Position numbers and translations under genes: made by a program. Source: an uncultured Acidobacteriaceae bacterium (GTDB lineage: Bacteria; Acidobacteriota; Terriglobia; Terriglobales; Acidobacteriaceae). From it: 64,000 bases of DNA. Each line of letters opens with the position of its first letter. Positions within the stretch are counted from its first letter, which is position 1. This document shows, piece by piece, positions 8,492-19,638 of the stretch. The notes under the pieces were generated by a model. That model saw only the letters and a program-made list of their open reading frames with translations. It ran no database searches and was not told the DNA's origin. Where the stretch lies: assembly GCA_963708755.1 (NCBI GenBank), contig CAVPTN010000012.1:171596-235595 (forward strand), read 5' to 3'.

Positions 8492-9766
8492 TACCGTTCA
8501 AACACCGGAGCCAACTCACGCAGATCAGCGGCCTGAATCACCAATTGCCCACCGCCTACGGTCGACTTCAGCGGAATCGGATTACATCCACCCTTCTGCC
8601 CCATCGATGCCGCGTTCAGAGGCGATCGCACACATCTTGCACGTAATCCCCTGATCGCCAATGTAAAAGCCCACCGGCCCACAGATCTGGCACGCGTCCG
8701 CGACAGAGATGATGTTCCCATCCGGCTTCTTGAACAGCAGAAACCGAATCTCGACGTTGCCGCCCTTCCCATCGTCCAGATGCACTCCATACCGATGCAA
8801 CTTATCGTCGTTGATGTCGGCTGTAGGCAGCGTCACCTGCGATCCCACCAGCGTCACAGCGGCCGTTGGAGAGAGCGCAGTCGAACTCTTCGCATAGATA
8901 AACTCCGCCGTTGAAAGAAAGATAAACACGAAGCTCGTGGCGACGACTGCAGTCATCCACATCTTCTCGCGCCGCTGCGTCCACTCGGCCCGCCGCTTAT
9001 CCGCGGGAGTCGCCGTAGCGCTGAGAACAACGGGCGCGCGCCGTCTGTACTCCATCAACATCATCAGCCCAGCCAGCGCGAGCATCGTGACAAAGAAGAA
9101 GAGATCATTGCGAACGATCGGCCCAATCAAGCGCATCTCCGTCGGGCTCGATGGCAACACGCCGTTCTCGCTCAACTCATGCAGTCCGCTGACGATCAAC
9201 TGAAACGCCACAAAGTAAAGTATGACGGTCGTAACGCGAAAGAATCGCTGCAAATTAATCTTCACGCTACCTCGAATGAAGAGCACACCAAACACAACCG
9301 CAACCGCGATCCCAAGCAGCGTCCCGGTAAAACTCAGTAACTCCGTCGAGTTCAGCGTCACCGCCGAAAGAATCAGCACCGTCTCCACACCCTCGCGGAG
9401 CACCAGCAGAAACACAAAAAAGAACAGCCCAGCCTTCGACACCCCCGTCGCGCCGGTGTACTGCGAAACCTTCTCCTCAATCGAACCCTTCATGGTCCGG
9501 GCGGTCTTGTGCATGAACCAGATCATGCTGATGACAAAAGCCGCCGCCCCCAGCATGACCCAACCTTCAAATATGTCCGAATTGAACTGTGTCCGGGCAA
9601 GGACGACCGCACCAGCCACGCTAGCGGCGATCGCTGAGCCCAAAGCCCAGAAGACCGTACGCTTCAGCTCCGGCCTGCCAATCTTGGACAAGTACGCAAA
9701 CACAATGCCCACAATCAGCGACGCTTCCACCCCTTCGCGGAGCGTAATGATAAATGCTTGCAACAT
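8491..9766 (-). CDS. FTR1 family iron permease fused to a C-terminal DUF2318 Cys-rich domain (frameshift near 8625)
   Basis: Two REGVE motifs; C-terminal DACQIC...CKMCASPLN...GGCNPIPL after removing one base. Start taken at MLQAFIITLREG (9766). Confidence 0.88.
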
Positions 9767-9864
9767 AAGGTCTTTCTCTTCCCTGAGGCAACTCAGCACA
9801 AACGGCAACGCCGCTCTCTTAACTTGTCTCCTCGAGGGTCGGAGCAGCCCCTCGCTCATACTCT

Positions 9865-9893
9865 AGTGTATTGAGGACTATTTTGGTCGTCAA
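9865..9893 (-). promoter_or_regulatory. Sigma70-type promoter of the iron-uptake operon, with a partial Fur-like box
   Basis: Minus strand TTGACG-N17-TACACT. The spacer (top strand TGAGGACTATTTT) only partly resembles the Fur 7-1-7 box. Confidence 0.5.
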
Positions 9894-9962
9894 TCCGTAA
9901 GGCCTGAAATTCCGGCAGAAATCACCCGCGTCAACAATCAGACCAAGGCCTATCCTTATTGG

Positions 9963-10547
9963 ATGTCCCGCTCTCGTCCCTACTTGCGACTCTTTGTTCT
10001 TGCCTGGCTGGTTGTTGCCATGGGGGCCTGCACGCGAAAGAGTGCTGGTAAGCAGCAGCAACCCCCTGCAACCATTCTTTTGATTCGCCACGCGGAAAAG
10101 TTGACCGATGGCCGAATCGACCTCTCTCCGATAGGCTTCGAACGTGCTCGCCTGTTGCCAAAGGTATTTGGCCCTGGGGTACGGCCCGACGTGCCGACGC
10201 CGCAGGTGCTCTTCGCCACCCACATCAGCGCCCACTCTAACCGCCCTGTTCAAACGGTCACTCCGCTTGCCGAGGCACTTAATCTGCCCGTCGACGATAG
10301 CTTTAGGAACGATGACTATGCCGCCCTTGCCGCCACGCTACTCAGCGGAAAGTACGCGGGCAAGGTCGTACTGGTGGTCTGGCATCACGGAGAAATCCCG
10401 AATCTTGCCAGGGCCCTGGGGGCAACGCCGCCCTACTCCCCCTGGCCAGAGCAGCAGTACGACCGCATCTGGCGCATCGACTACATCAACGGCAAGGTCA
10501 CCCTGCAGGATCTTCCGTACGCGCTTCTGCCCGGAGATTCGAAGTAG
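9963..10547 (+). CDS. Histidine phosphatase superfamily lipoprotein
   Basis: Lipobox AMGAC; IRHAEK, R..QT..PLA and VVWHH motifs. Confidence 0.8.
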   Translation: MSRSRPYLRLFVLAWLVVAMGACTRKSAGKQQQPPATILLIRHAEKLTDGRIDLSPIGFERARLLPKVFGPGVRPDVPTPQVLFATHISAHSNRPVQTVTPLAEALNLPVDDSFRNDDYAALAATLLSGKYAGKVVLVVWHHGEIPNLARALGATPPYSPWPEQQYDRIWRIDYINGKVTLQDLPYALLPGDSK

Positions 10548-10575
10548 AACCACACATCGCGTATGTTCTAAAAGA

Positions 10576-11265
10576 ATGACTGACCTACCAGAGAGTCTCT
10601 TCTCAGATCCCGTCTGGCACGCTCTCCACACGAAACATCGGCACTTCGCCGTCTCTGCTGGCGACGCTTGCCGATATCCCGCAGATGTCGCTCCTTTCGC
10701 TGCAGTCGCTTCGCCGTCCGTCGCCTCTCTGCTCCAACTCCGCTCCCTTCTCGCGCCTGATGAGTCAGTGTGGATCGCCGGTAAAACCTACCCACATCCG
10801 CCTGAACTCGTCTTCGAAGAATCGCTGGAGTGTCTCCAGATGGTGCTTCCCGCGGAAATTACCCCACCCGCGCCAACAATTGAGATCCTCCCGCTCTCCA
10901 ACGCCAATGCGACAGAGATGGTTGCGCTCACGACCCTCGCATTCCCCGGCTTCTTTCGCAACAGAACCTGCGAGATGGGCACCTACTATGGCATTCGGTC
11001 GGAGGGAGAGTTGATCGCGATGGGCGGCGAGCGTCTGACCATCAACGGCTACCCCGAGATCAGCGGCATCTGCACACATCCCTCACATCGTGGCAAGGGC
11101 TACGCCGCCGCCATTATGTGGCAGTTAGTGCGAGATCACCGCCGCGATTGCCTGATCTCCTGGCTGCACGTCAGTGCCTCGAACTCTCACGCAATCGGAC
11201 TCTACGAACGCATGGGATTCAGGGAGGTCCGCAGAATTATGCTGCATCGAGTCTCCCGCAAATAG
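10576..11265 (+). CDS. GNAT family N-acetyltransferase (FR47-like)
   Basis: PVWHAL N-terminus; AMGGER, EISGICTHPSHRGKGYA, N..AI.LYERMGF. The true start is ATG 10576, not 10144. Confidence 0.88.
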   Translation: MTDLPESLFSDPVWHALHTKHRHFAVSAGDACRYPADVAPFAAVASPSVASLLQLRSLLAPDESVWIAGKTYPHPPELVFEESLECLQMVLPAEITPPAPTIEILPLSNANATEMVALTTLAFPGFFRNRTCEMGTYYGIRSEGELIAMGGERLTINGYPEISGICTHPSHRGKGYAAAIMWQLVRDHRRDCLISWLHVSASNSHAIGLYERMGFREVRRIMLHRVSRK

Positions 11266-11353
11266 TGACGTATCAACTCGATCAGCGGGAGCCGGTAATT
11301 TTTAAAGGAAATGTTAGAGTCGAGAGCTTAATTTATTGAGCTCAATCGAAGGA

Positions 11354-11430
11354 TGGTGCGCCCGGAAGGATTCGAACCTCCGACCCTTTGGTTCGTAGCC
11401 AAATGCTCTATCCAACTGAGCTACGGGCGC
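11354..11430 (-). tRNA. tRNA-Arg(ACG)
   Basis: GCGCCCGTAGCTCAGTTGGATAGAGCATTTGGCT-ACG-AACCAAAGGGTCGGAGGTTCGAATCCTTCCGGGCGCACCA; full cloverleaf with encoded CCA. Confidence 0.97.
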
Positions 11431-11695
11431 ACATTTGATGGGATGCAACCTTTTAAAGATATAGGAATTTGCTCTAAGGAGCAAGCTTCAGACTCCACAG
11501 CGAATAGCCCATTGACTTCCTTCCGATACAGCAAGGGTATTCACTCACAGTACCGCTTTGACATGAGTAAAAGTGTTCTCGATTTAGGGAGTCGAATACT
11601 AGGTACCGGCGGATCCAGCGCACAAGTTCGATTCAGGGAAATAACCACCGTCGTTTCTTCTTTGTTATCTGAAGCCGGACGTAGATACTCCCAGT

Positions 11696-13364
11696 ATGTC
11701 CGCAACGGCAGCAGTCCTGGGAAAGATCGGGCTCCCAGCCCCACTCAAAGAAATTGCTGCTCGTCGCTGGGATGTGATCGTGGTCGGGGCTGGTCATAAC
11801 GGATTAGCCTGCGCCACATATCTTGCACGAGCCGGTCAACGTGTGCTGGTACTTGAAAGCCGCGAACGAGTCGGCGGTGCCTGCACGGTCGAAGAGCCAT
11901 TCCCTGATGTTCGGATGTCACCCTGCGCCTATCTCGCCGGACTGCTCCATCCCCTTGTGGTTAGCGAGCTCGGACTACCTGAACGCGGTTTTGATTGGAC
12001 ACCCGCCGTCAACGGCCTCTTTGTACCGTTCCTCGACGGCAGCAGCATTCAGCTTTGGGACGATGACGCTCGCTGCGAAGAAGAGGTTCGCCGCTTTTCT
12101 CCCAAAGATGTCGAAGGCTGGCGTGCGATGAATGACGTAATCCGCAGATTGCGAGATGCCCTGCGGCCCGCAAGCGGATCGTCCGGCGCGGATCCGCACA
12201 GCGGCGCGAAAGATCTATGGATCGGCGATGCACCCACGCAAGAGCGCCTCGAAGAACTTCTCGCAGGCGACGCCGAAGCGCACAGTCTTCTCTTCAACTG
12301 GTCGATGGCCGAGTTCGTCGAACGCTATCTCACCGACGAACGCCTGCAATCCGCATATCTGGGCCAGGGCGTAATCGGCACCAACGCAAGTCCCTTTGAC
12401 GCTGGAACCGCCTCCATCCGCTTTCATCACTCCTCAGGTCGGCTCGGCGATATGCCGGGCATGTGGGGCTATGTAAAAGGTGGAATGGGAATGGTCTCCT
12501 TCTACTTCTGTGACGCTGCCCGCGAAGCCGGAGCAGTTGTGGCCGCAGGCATCAACGTGGTCCGCATCCTCCCGGGGGAAGGTGTCTTGCTCGAAGGCGG
12601 AGAGCGCATCACGGCTCCAGTCGTTGTTTCCAACGCCGATCCAATCCGCACACTTCGCATGTTGGACGCAGGTGCAGATCCCGCATGGGCCACGAAGGTG
12701 CGTTCCGTGCCGATCGAAGGATGCACGGTAAAACTAAACGTACTGCTCCGCGAGCTCCCGAACTTCGTGGCACGGCCGGGAGTTCAGGAGCCGCATCACT
12801 ACGGCCAGATCAATGCTCCGTTGACCAAGCACGAGTGGAAGGCCAGTTACGCCGCAGCTCGCGGAGGTCATCTGCCCGAAAAACTCTGGTGCGAGCTCTA
12901 TTTCCAGAGTGTGCATGACACAAGCGTAGCTCCCGCAGGTCTGCACACCATGAGCGTCTTCGCTCAATACGTGCCCTACGCATTTGCCTCAGGCAGCTGG
13001 GACGATCACCGCAACGAAGTGAAGGCCTTGGCACTAAATTCCATCGGTCGCTTCTGTAGCAATCTGCCAGAAGCTGTCGTCGATGCGCAGGTTCTCGGGC
13101 CGCCCGGACATAGAGCAGAAGGTCGGTCTCACCGGCGGCCACATATTCCAGGGCGAGTGTCTCCCCGCCTACATGTGGAGCAACCGCCTCACTGCTCGCA
13201 CTCCCATGCAGGGCGTGTACCTCTGCGGCGCATGCACGCATCCCGGCGGCAGCGTGATCGGAATCAACGGACGAAATGCTGCGATGGCCATCCTGCGTGA
13301 TCGCCGAGACCAGGCGCTCGATGACCAACTCCGAGCCGGGCGAGAAGCAGCTACTCAAACGTGA
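11696..13364 (+). CDS. Phytoene-dehydrogenase-like NAD(P)/FAD oxidoreductase (COG1233), frameshift near 13103
   Basis: GAGHNGL dinucleotide-binding motif and ERVGGA; C-terminal GGHIFQG...YLCGACTHPGGSVIGINGRNAA lies in the shifted frame. Confidence 0.85.
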
Positions 13365-14756
13365 GCTAGGCTTCTTCGACCTCACTCTCTTCTACATCGC
13401 AGGTGGATTGAGTCTTCGCTGGATAGCAACTGCGGCAGCAGCAGGCCCCAGCACAATCCTCGTCTGGATCTTCGCTTGCCTCTTCTTCTTCGTGCCTCTC
13501 GCTGCAAGCGTGCTCGAGCTCTCCGCGCGCTATCCGCAGGAAGGCGGCCTCTACGTCTGGACCCAACGTGCCTATGGTGACTTCTCCGGCTTCCTCGTTG
13601 CGTGGATGTATTGGATGAGCAACCTGCCGTACTTTCCCGCAGTGCTTTACTTCGGAGCAGGCAGTCTCCTCTTCGCATTTCCCCACGGCCAGAAGCTTGC
13701 CAACTCTGGCAGCTACTACCTTTTGTTCGCGCTGGTATGCCTCGCGGTCATTACGCTTACTCAACGTCCGCGGATTGAAGTTCGGTAAATGGCTCAGCAG
13801 TATTGGCGCATTAGGCAGCTGGGGTCCAATCATCATCTTGCTTCTTCTCGCTGGCGTCAGCGTCTTCCGATTCGGGTCGGCGACGAAGTTCACGGTTGCG
13901 ACCATGACTCCTCATGCAGAGTCTGAGAAACGCAATCTTCTGGTCGACAATCTTCTTTGCCTTCGGCGGATGCGAGACCGGCTCTTTCATGAGCGAGGAG
14001 ATAAAAAACGCACGACGCACCATTCCCCGCGCCCTCATAGTCTCCGGGATACTTCTTGCGGGCAGCTACATCGCCGGAACCATCGCATTACTCGTCGCGC
14101 TGCCAAGCGCTGAGATCAGCGGCCTCGGCGGCTTCGTCAATGCCATCCAGGTAATGTGCTCTCGGCTTGGCCTTTCGTGGATCGTCCTCCTCATTGCGTT
14201 GCTCGTCGCTCTTAATAGCATCGGCGGAGCAGCCTCCTTTCTGTCTTCCACCTCGCGACTACCCTTTGTGGCCGGAATCGATCGCTACCTTCCGAAGGCG
14301 TTCGGAAAAGTTCACCCAAAGTGGGGCACACCATGGATCGCGGTGATCTGCTATGGCGTCGCGGGAATGCTCTGCGCATTGCTTAGCCAGGCTGGCAGCA
14401 CAGTGCAGAGCGCATACGACCTGCTCGTCAGCATGTCCATCATCACGTATTTCATCCCTTTCCTCTATCTCTTCCTCGCAATGATCCGGCTGCAGCGCGA
14501 ACCATTTCCTCAGGGAGTGGCGCGAATTCCAGGAGGCAAGCCGGTCGCCATCGTTCTAGCCGTTGTGGGCTTTATCACAACAGCATTGACCATCGTCCTG
14601 GCCGTCATTCCATCGAGCGACGAGCCTCACAAAACAATTGCGGTCGCCAAAGTCCTGGGATCGACGTTCCTGCTTGTCGGCGCCGGAGTCGCTGTCTTCT
14701 GGGGCACGACCTGGCGGAAGAGAAACACAGAAAGTCATGCGCAACTGCCCTATTAG
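13321..14756 (+). CDS. APC family amino acid/polyamine permease, frameshifts near 13757 and 13915
   Basis: LKRELG, ELSARYPQEGGLYVW, FAFGGCE...EEIKNARRTIPRA, KVHPKWGTP. Confidence 0.85.
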
Positions 14757-15237
14757 CGCCGACAGATAAACTTCAACCCCAGACTAGTCATGCAACTGAA
14801 GAGATCAGTTGCAACTTCCATCACATAGCTGCAGATTTCTGCGTTCATCGTATGCGGCAGAAGTGTTTGTAAACGAAGCGCCCCGGGCGAGTAGAGCTTC
14901 GGAAGCGCGATCCTTCGAAAACGGGTGTGGCGCTAAGTCTGGAAGAGGTATAAGTTAGCCAGTATCTTATTCTTTGGGGGCTTCAGTATTTGGTCGTCCG
15001 GTCTGAGTCGAAGTGACGAGGTTCGTCGGGCGATCAAAGTTAAGAAGTACATGCAAACGATGAGCAGTAGCTGCAACAAAATGCAGAGCACGTATTCCCG
15101 GTCGTCGTTACCACATGGCGGTTGACAAAAAAATCACAGCACGACTCGAAGTCGTACTGCAGAAAACAAATAAGTCAGATCCGATCGCCATGGCAAGACT
15201 TTGAAAGATGCAATTACTTCTGTCTTGGAGGAGTTCG

Positions 15238-15924
15238 ATGATTAGGCAACGTGTATTGGCGGTTATGGCCGTACTGTTTGTTATTGGCTGTCTATGTTGC
15301 AGGCCAGCCCACGCAGACACGATAACGAACGGTAACTTTGAGAACGGCACCCTGTCCGGATGGACAGTCTTTACGACATCGAATGGTAGTAACGGCGTAG
15401 ATCTACCGAACATCTCGCCCTTCACCACGACACCGGGCGGCACAAGCGATGCTGCGCACTTTAACGTCGGTGAGGTGAACTTCGACTTCACCCAGCAGGG
15501 CGGAGGGTTATCGCAGACCATCATCGCGCCTGTGAGCGGCTTTTATACTTTGACCGAAGACTTTGCGTCACAAGATAACGTGGGTAAAAACATAGATGCA
15601 GGAACGTTCTCGGTACTCATCGACGGAGTCACTGTAGCATCGGACGATCTCGGCTCTTTTGCAATGGCCGGCCAGCTTCTGAGGGGCAGCTTCAATGAGA
15701 CTTTTGCTTTGACGGCGGGCTCACATGTATTCGAGACCGAGATAAGCCGAGAATTCTTGAGCACTGGACCCAACACGCCGGACGAGTACATCGATAACAT
15801 CTCGCTAACGCCAAGTACGAAGGGCGTCGCTCTAACTCCGGAGCCATCGAGCATTGCACTGTTAGCCACTGGCATGCTTGCTCTGGCAGCTGTTGCCTCT
15901 CGCAGAGTTCTTTTTCCCCGTTAG
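15238..15924 (+). CDS. PEP-CTERM sorting domain surface protein
   Basis: Signal peptide (PAHA/DT), NGNFE.G.LSGW domain, and C-terminal TPEPSSIALLATG + TM + RR. Confidence 0.88.
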   Translation: MIRQRVLAVMAVLFVIGCLCCRPAHADTITNGNFENGTLSGWTVFTTSNGSNGVDLPNISPFTTTPGGTSDAAHFNVGEVNFDFTQQGGGLSQTIIAPVSGFYTLTEDFASQDNVGKNIDAGTFSVLIDGVTVASDDLGSFAMAGQLLRGSFNETFALTAGSHVFETEISREFLSTGPNTPDEYIDNISLTPSTKGVALTPEPSSIALLATGMLALAAVASRRVLFPR

Positions 15925-16012
15925 CATCAGTCGGTTTTATCGATAATGAAACACGCCGGTTCCAATGTAGTCGCGTAGTATGGGCCTAAACGCGAACAAA
16001 GGAGCAAACCCT

Positions 16013-18104
16013 ATGCTCGGCCTCCTGGATCGTAAGAAGACGCACTTCGTTCTCTGGAGGCCAGGGGCGGCATCTGCTGCAACTCCTCCTCGACTCGTTC
16101 TCGGTCAAATCAGCACATCGAACCCACCCGTTTTGATGAAGGTAAAGAGCCTTGCGCTCTCCCCGTCGGCACTATCGACTGCCGGCGACCTATGGGAGAT
16201 TCCCGCGACGGCCTGCAGCCTCACCGATGGGCAGGTCTACCACTACTGGTTTGAAGTTACGAATACTAACGTCTATGCCGGAGCAGCCAAAGGGCAACTG
16301 CAGTGCACCGATCCAGCAGCCTACTGCGTCGATTGGCGCCTGACCTCCAGTGTCCCAGCCGGTGATTCGACTGACGCTATCTCCGGCGCATCCGTCATCC
16401 GCTTCGTCGGTGGACAACTCGTACCGACCGATCCAGGCGTCGTGCCCAAAACCTTCGATGTCGCTCCCGACGCTAACATGCAGACGCTCCCCACCAACAA
16501 CCAACTTGTCATCTATGAACTACCGACTACCTGGACCAGGACAGGAGATCTGGTCAGCGCAACTCACGTCGGCGTCGGTACATTTCAGGACGTGCTCGCT
16601 CTTATCGTTAAACAGGCAACATCGCCGAACTTCCCCACAGTCGCCGCGCTCGGTGCGGGGCACTCTTATCTTCAGGCCCTCGGCACGAATGCGCTCGAAC
16701 TGCTTCCTCCTGCGGACACCTTCGTTGACCGCGACTCATGGGGCTACAGCACCAGCAACTACTTCGCGCCCGATTATGATCTGGGGCGGCCGCTCACCCA
16801 ACCTGCATCCACCGCGATCAGCGACTTCCTCGCACTGACACGCGCCTGCCACACAAACGGAATCCGCTACATCTATGACGCCGTCATGGCCTTCGCGAGA
16901 TCAGGATCCGTATCGAACCGCGAACTTCCTCGACTTCCACGTTCAGTTCAATACCAACCCGCCAGATCCCGAGCAGGATGGCCGTGACGGCTTCGGCGGA
17001 GACCTTTGGAAGTACGCCTACTTTACGAATACCTACGATCCCGTCTCCGGCGCCACTGGCCAGTTCTCCCCCGGGCGCCAGCACATGCTCACCCACATGA
17101 ACTGGTGGATGAACTTCTATCACCTCGACGGCTACCGTCTCGACAGCGTCAACAACATCTACAACTACGACTTCGTCAATCAGTTCCGCACCCAGGCGCG
17201 CGCCCAGTGGAACGCTCGATGGAAAGCACAAGGAAATCCCGCCGCGGCAGGCGACTCGCGCTTCCTCACTATCGGCGAGGAATTATCCGATCCCGCGTCT
17301 CTCCTCGGCTACATCGATGCACTATGGAACGAACACTTCCGCAATCACGTTCGCAACGCCATCATCGGGCGCAACGGCGATGGCCAACCCTCCTTCGAGT
17401 GGACCGTACGCGAGATGATCGACTGCCGCAATCTCCGCGACTCTCAAAACAACGTCATCTTCACCGACGGCGCACAAGCCGTCAACTACATCGGTTCGCA
17501 CGACGTCGGCAACACGGACGGCGATGGCACAAACAACGACCGCATCTACAACTTCCTCGATCGCTTCGGCGTATCCTTGAAAGATAAGCCGATCAAGCTG
17601 GCCTTTGTCTGCCTGCTCACGGCCGTCGGCATCCCGATGATCTTCGCCGGTGACGAGTTTGCCCAATCCATGGATATCCTGCCCACCGATCCCGCCTTCT
17701 CCAACCTCAAGCAAACCGATCCCATCAACTATGACTTGGTTACGAGTGATCCATGGCGCGCGGGCGTCTTTGAATACGTAGCTCAACTCGTCAAGTTTCG
17801 AACGACATCGCCAGCCCTCTCGGTCAACGATACGCAATTCATCCATGTCGACTTCACCGATGGCAAACGGGTCATGGCATGGCAGCGCGGAGCCGCGGGA
17901 CAAGCCCCAGTCGTAGTAGTTGCAAACTTCTCCGACTGGGGAAGTGACGTAGCGAATCCAGCAGCGGAGTACGTCGTCAATAACTGGCCCGCCGTTCCTG
18001 CAGGCAGCAACTGGCGCGAGATCAGCCAGGGTCGCTCCGTTCCCGCACAGTGGGCAGGCAAAGAGCCCATCTACCCATGGCAGGCAATGGTCTACACGAT
18101 TTAG
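16013..18104 (+). CDS. GH13 alpha-amylase family glycosidase (branching-enzyme/trehalohydrolase-like), frameshift near 16895
   Basis: VIYEL, WGY..SNYFAP, DGYRLDSV (nucleophile), IGEE (acid/base), YIGSHD, GIPMIFAGDEF. Confidence 0.85.
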
Positions 18105-18183
18105 CTTTGAGCGACTATAGCCTCATACGCAGTGCGCCCAAACCAGCCGGAACCCATCTTTTGTTCGAAGTAAAACCAAACTC

Positions 18184-18235
18184 TTGACAGGACAACCAGA
18201 ACAACTCTAGTGTTCCGAGTGGGAATTATTTCCCC
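18184..18235 (+). promoter_or_regulatory. Promoter plus palindromic operator upstream of the CE15 gene
   Basis: TTGACA-N18-TAGTGT followed by the inverted repeat GGGAA-TTAT-TTCCC. Confidence 0.45.
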
Positions 18236-18292
18236 GACGAAACAGATTGTGTCTTTCCCACGACAATCCGCAAAAAGTCAGGAAAACAATCC

Positions 18293-19606
18293 ATGTCCCT
18301 CAGAGTTCAATTTCTGTCCTTCGTCCTCATCACTCCCGCGCTGACGCTGCAGGCGCAGACGCCTCCCCCAACACCCAAGCCCGCTGACGTCATAGCCGGC
18401 ATACCCGTCAACTACGACGAAGCGAAGGTCGGGACTTACATCTTGCCCGACCCTCTCACGCTAAACAACGGAAAGCCCGTCCGCGACGCCGCCACCTGGT
18501 ACTCCAAACGCCGTCCCGAGATCGTCGAAATCTTCGAGACCCAGCAGTATGGTCGAGCGCCCGGCCGTCCTCTGGGCGAGAGCTTCGAAGTCGTCGACAA
18601 GGGAACACCGGCACTCAACGGCAAAGCGATTCGCAAACAAGTCACCATCTATTTCAACAAGGACAAGACTGGCCCATCGATCGATCTGCTCATCTATCTC
18701 CCCTCCGCTGCGCACAAGCCGGTGCCGATGCTGTTGAGCATCAACTTCGGCGTCGTGCAAAATGCAGTCGATGATCCCGGAATCAAACCCGAGACCGCCT
18801 GGGACCCAAAGACGAACACCCGGACAACGCCGCCTGCGCCCCGTGCAATCGGCCACATCGACGCCGAGGCCCTACTCGACGCTGGCTTTGGAGTTGCAAC
18901 CTTCTACTACGGCGACGTCGACCCCGACTATCCCGAGGGGTTTTCCAACGGCATTCGCGCTCGCTACCTCAAGCCGGGACAGACCGAACGAGCACCAGAT
19001 GAGTGGGGCACAATCGCGGCGTGGGCCTGGGGAATGAGTCGCGTCGAGGACTACTTCGAAACCGACAAGAGTATCGATGCGAAGCGCGTCGCCATCCACG
19101 GCATCTCCCGCCTCGGAAAGACCGTCATGTGGGCCGGAGCGCACGATCAGCGCTTCGCCGCCGTCATCGAAAGCTGTTCCGGCGAAGGCGGTGCCGCTCT
19201 TAGCCACCGCGACTACGGAGAGACCATCGCCCACCTCACCGCTCCCAGCCGCTATCCCTATCAGTTCGCCGCAAACTACGCGAAGTACGGTGGCTTCCCC
19301 GACAAGGCCCCCATGGACGCCAATCTACTGATCGCGTTGATCGCTCCACGCCCACTCCTCCTGCAGACCGGCAATACCGACTATTGGTCGGATCCCAAGG
19401 GAGAATTCCTCGCCGCGGTCGCCGCCGGCCCGGTCTACAAGCTCTTAGGAAAAGAGGATCTAGGAACAGACATCTGGCCCTCAGCCAAACAACCGATATT
19501 CCACGATCTCAGCTACTACATGCACGATGGCGGCCATGGCATCGTCCCCTCGGACTGGCCGATCTACATTGAGTTTCTAAAGAAGGCACTCCACCCAGAG
19601 CAATAA
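18293..19606 (+). CDS. Secreted CE15 family glucuronoyl esterase-like protein
   Basis: Signal peptide; AAWAWG.SR..DY, G(I)SRLGK catalytic-Ser motif, SGEGG, ALIAPRP, WSDPKG, GGH. Confidence 0.85.
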   Translation: MSLRVQFLSFVLITPALTLQAQTPPPTPKPADVIAGIPVNYDEAKVGTYILPDPLTLNNGKPVRDAATWYSKRRPEIVEIFETQQYGRAPGRPLGESFEVVDKGTPALNGKAIRKQVTIYFNKDKTGPSIDLLIYLPSAAHKPVPMLLSINFGVVQNAVDDPGIKPETAWDPKTNTRTTPPAPRAIGHIDAEALLDAGFGVATFYYGDVDPDYPEGFSNGIRARYLKPGQTERAPDEWGTIAAWAWGMSRVEDYFETDKSIDAKRVAIHGISRLGKTVMWAGAHDQRFAAVIESCSGEGGAALSHRDYGETIAHLTAPSRYPYQFAANYAKYGGFPDKAPMDANLLIALIAPRPLLLQTGNTDYWSDPKGEFLAAVAAGPVYKLLGKEDLGTDIWPSAKQPIFHDLSYYMHDGGHGIVPSDWPIYIEFLKKALHPEQ

Positions 19607-19638
19607 ATCGCAAGCACGGGACGTGGTGCAGTTTGAAG

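Noticed and set aside
7087-8790. Programmed frameshifting or phase variation in the iron operon
   Set aside because: There are no slippery heptamers or long SSRs, and the same indel pattern affects unrelated genes across the window.
11353-11799. ORF beginning MVRPEGFEPPTLWFVAKCSIQLSY
   Set aside because: It is the antisense translation of tRNA-Arg.
15190-15206. Sigma54 promoter for the PEP-CTERM gene (TGGCAAGACTTTGAA)
   Set aside because: It lacks the GC at -12 with the required GG-N10-GC spacing.
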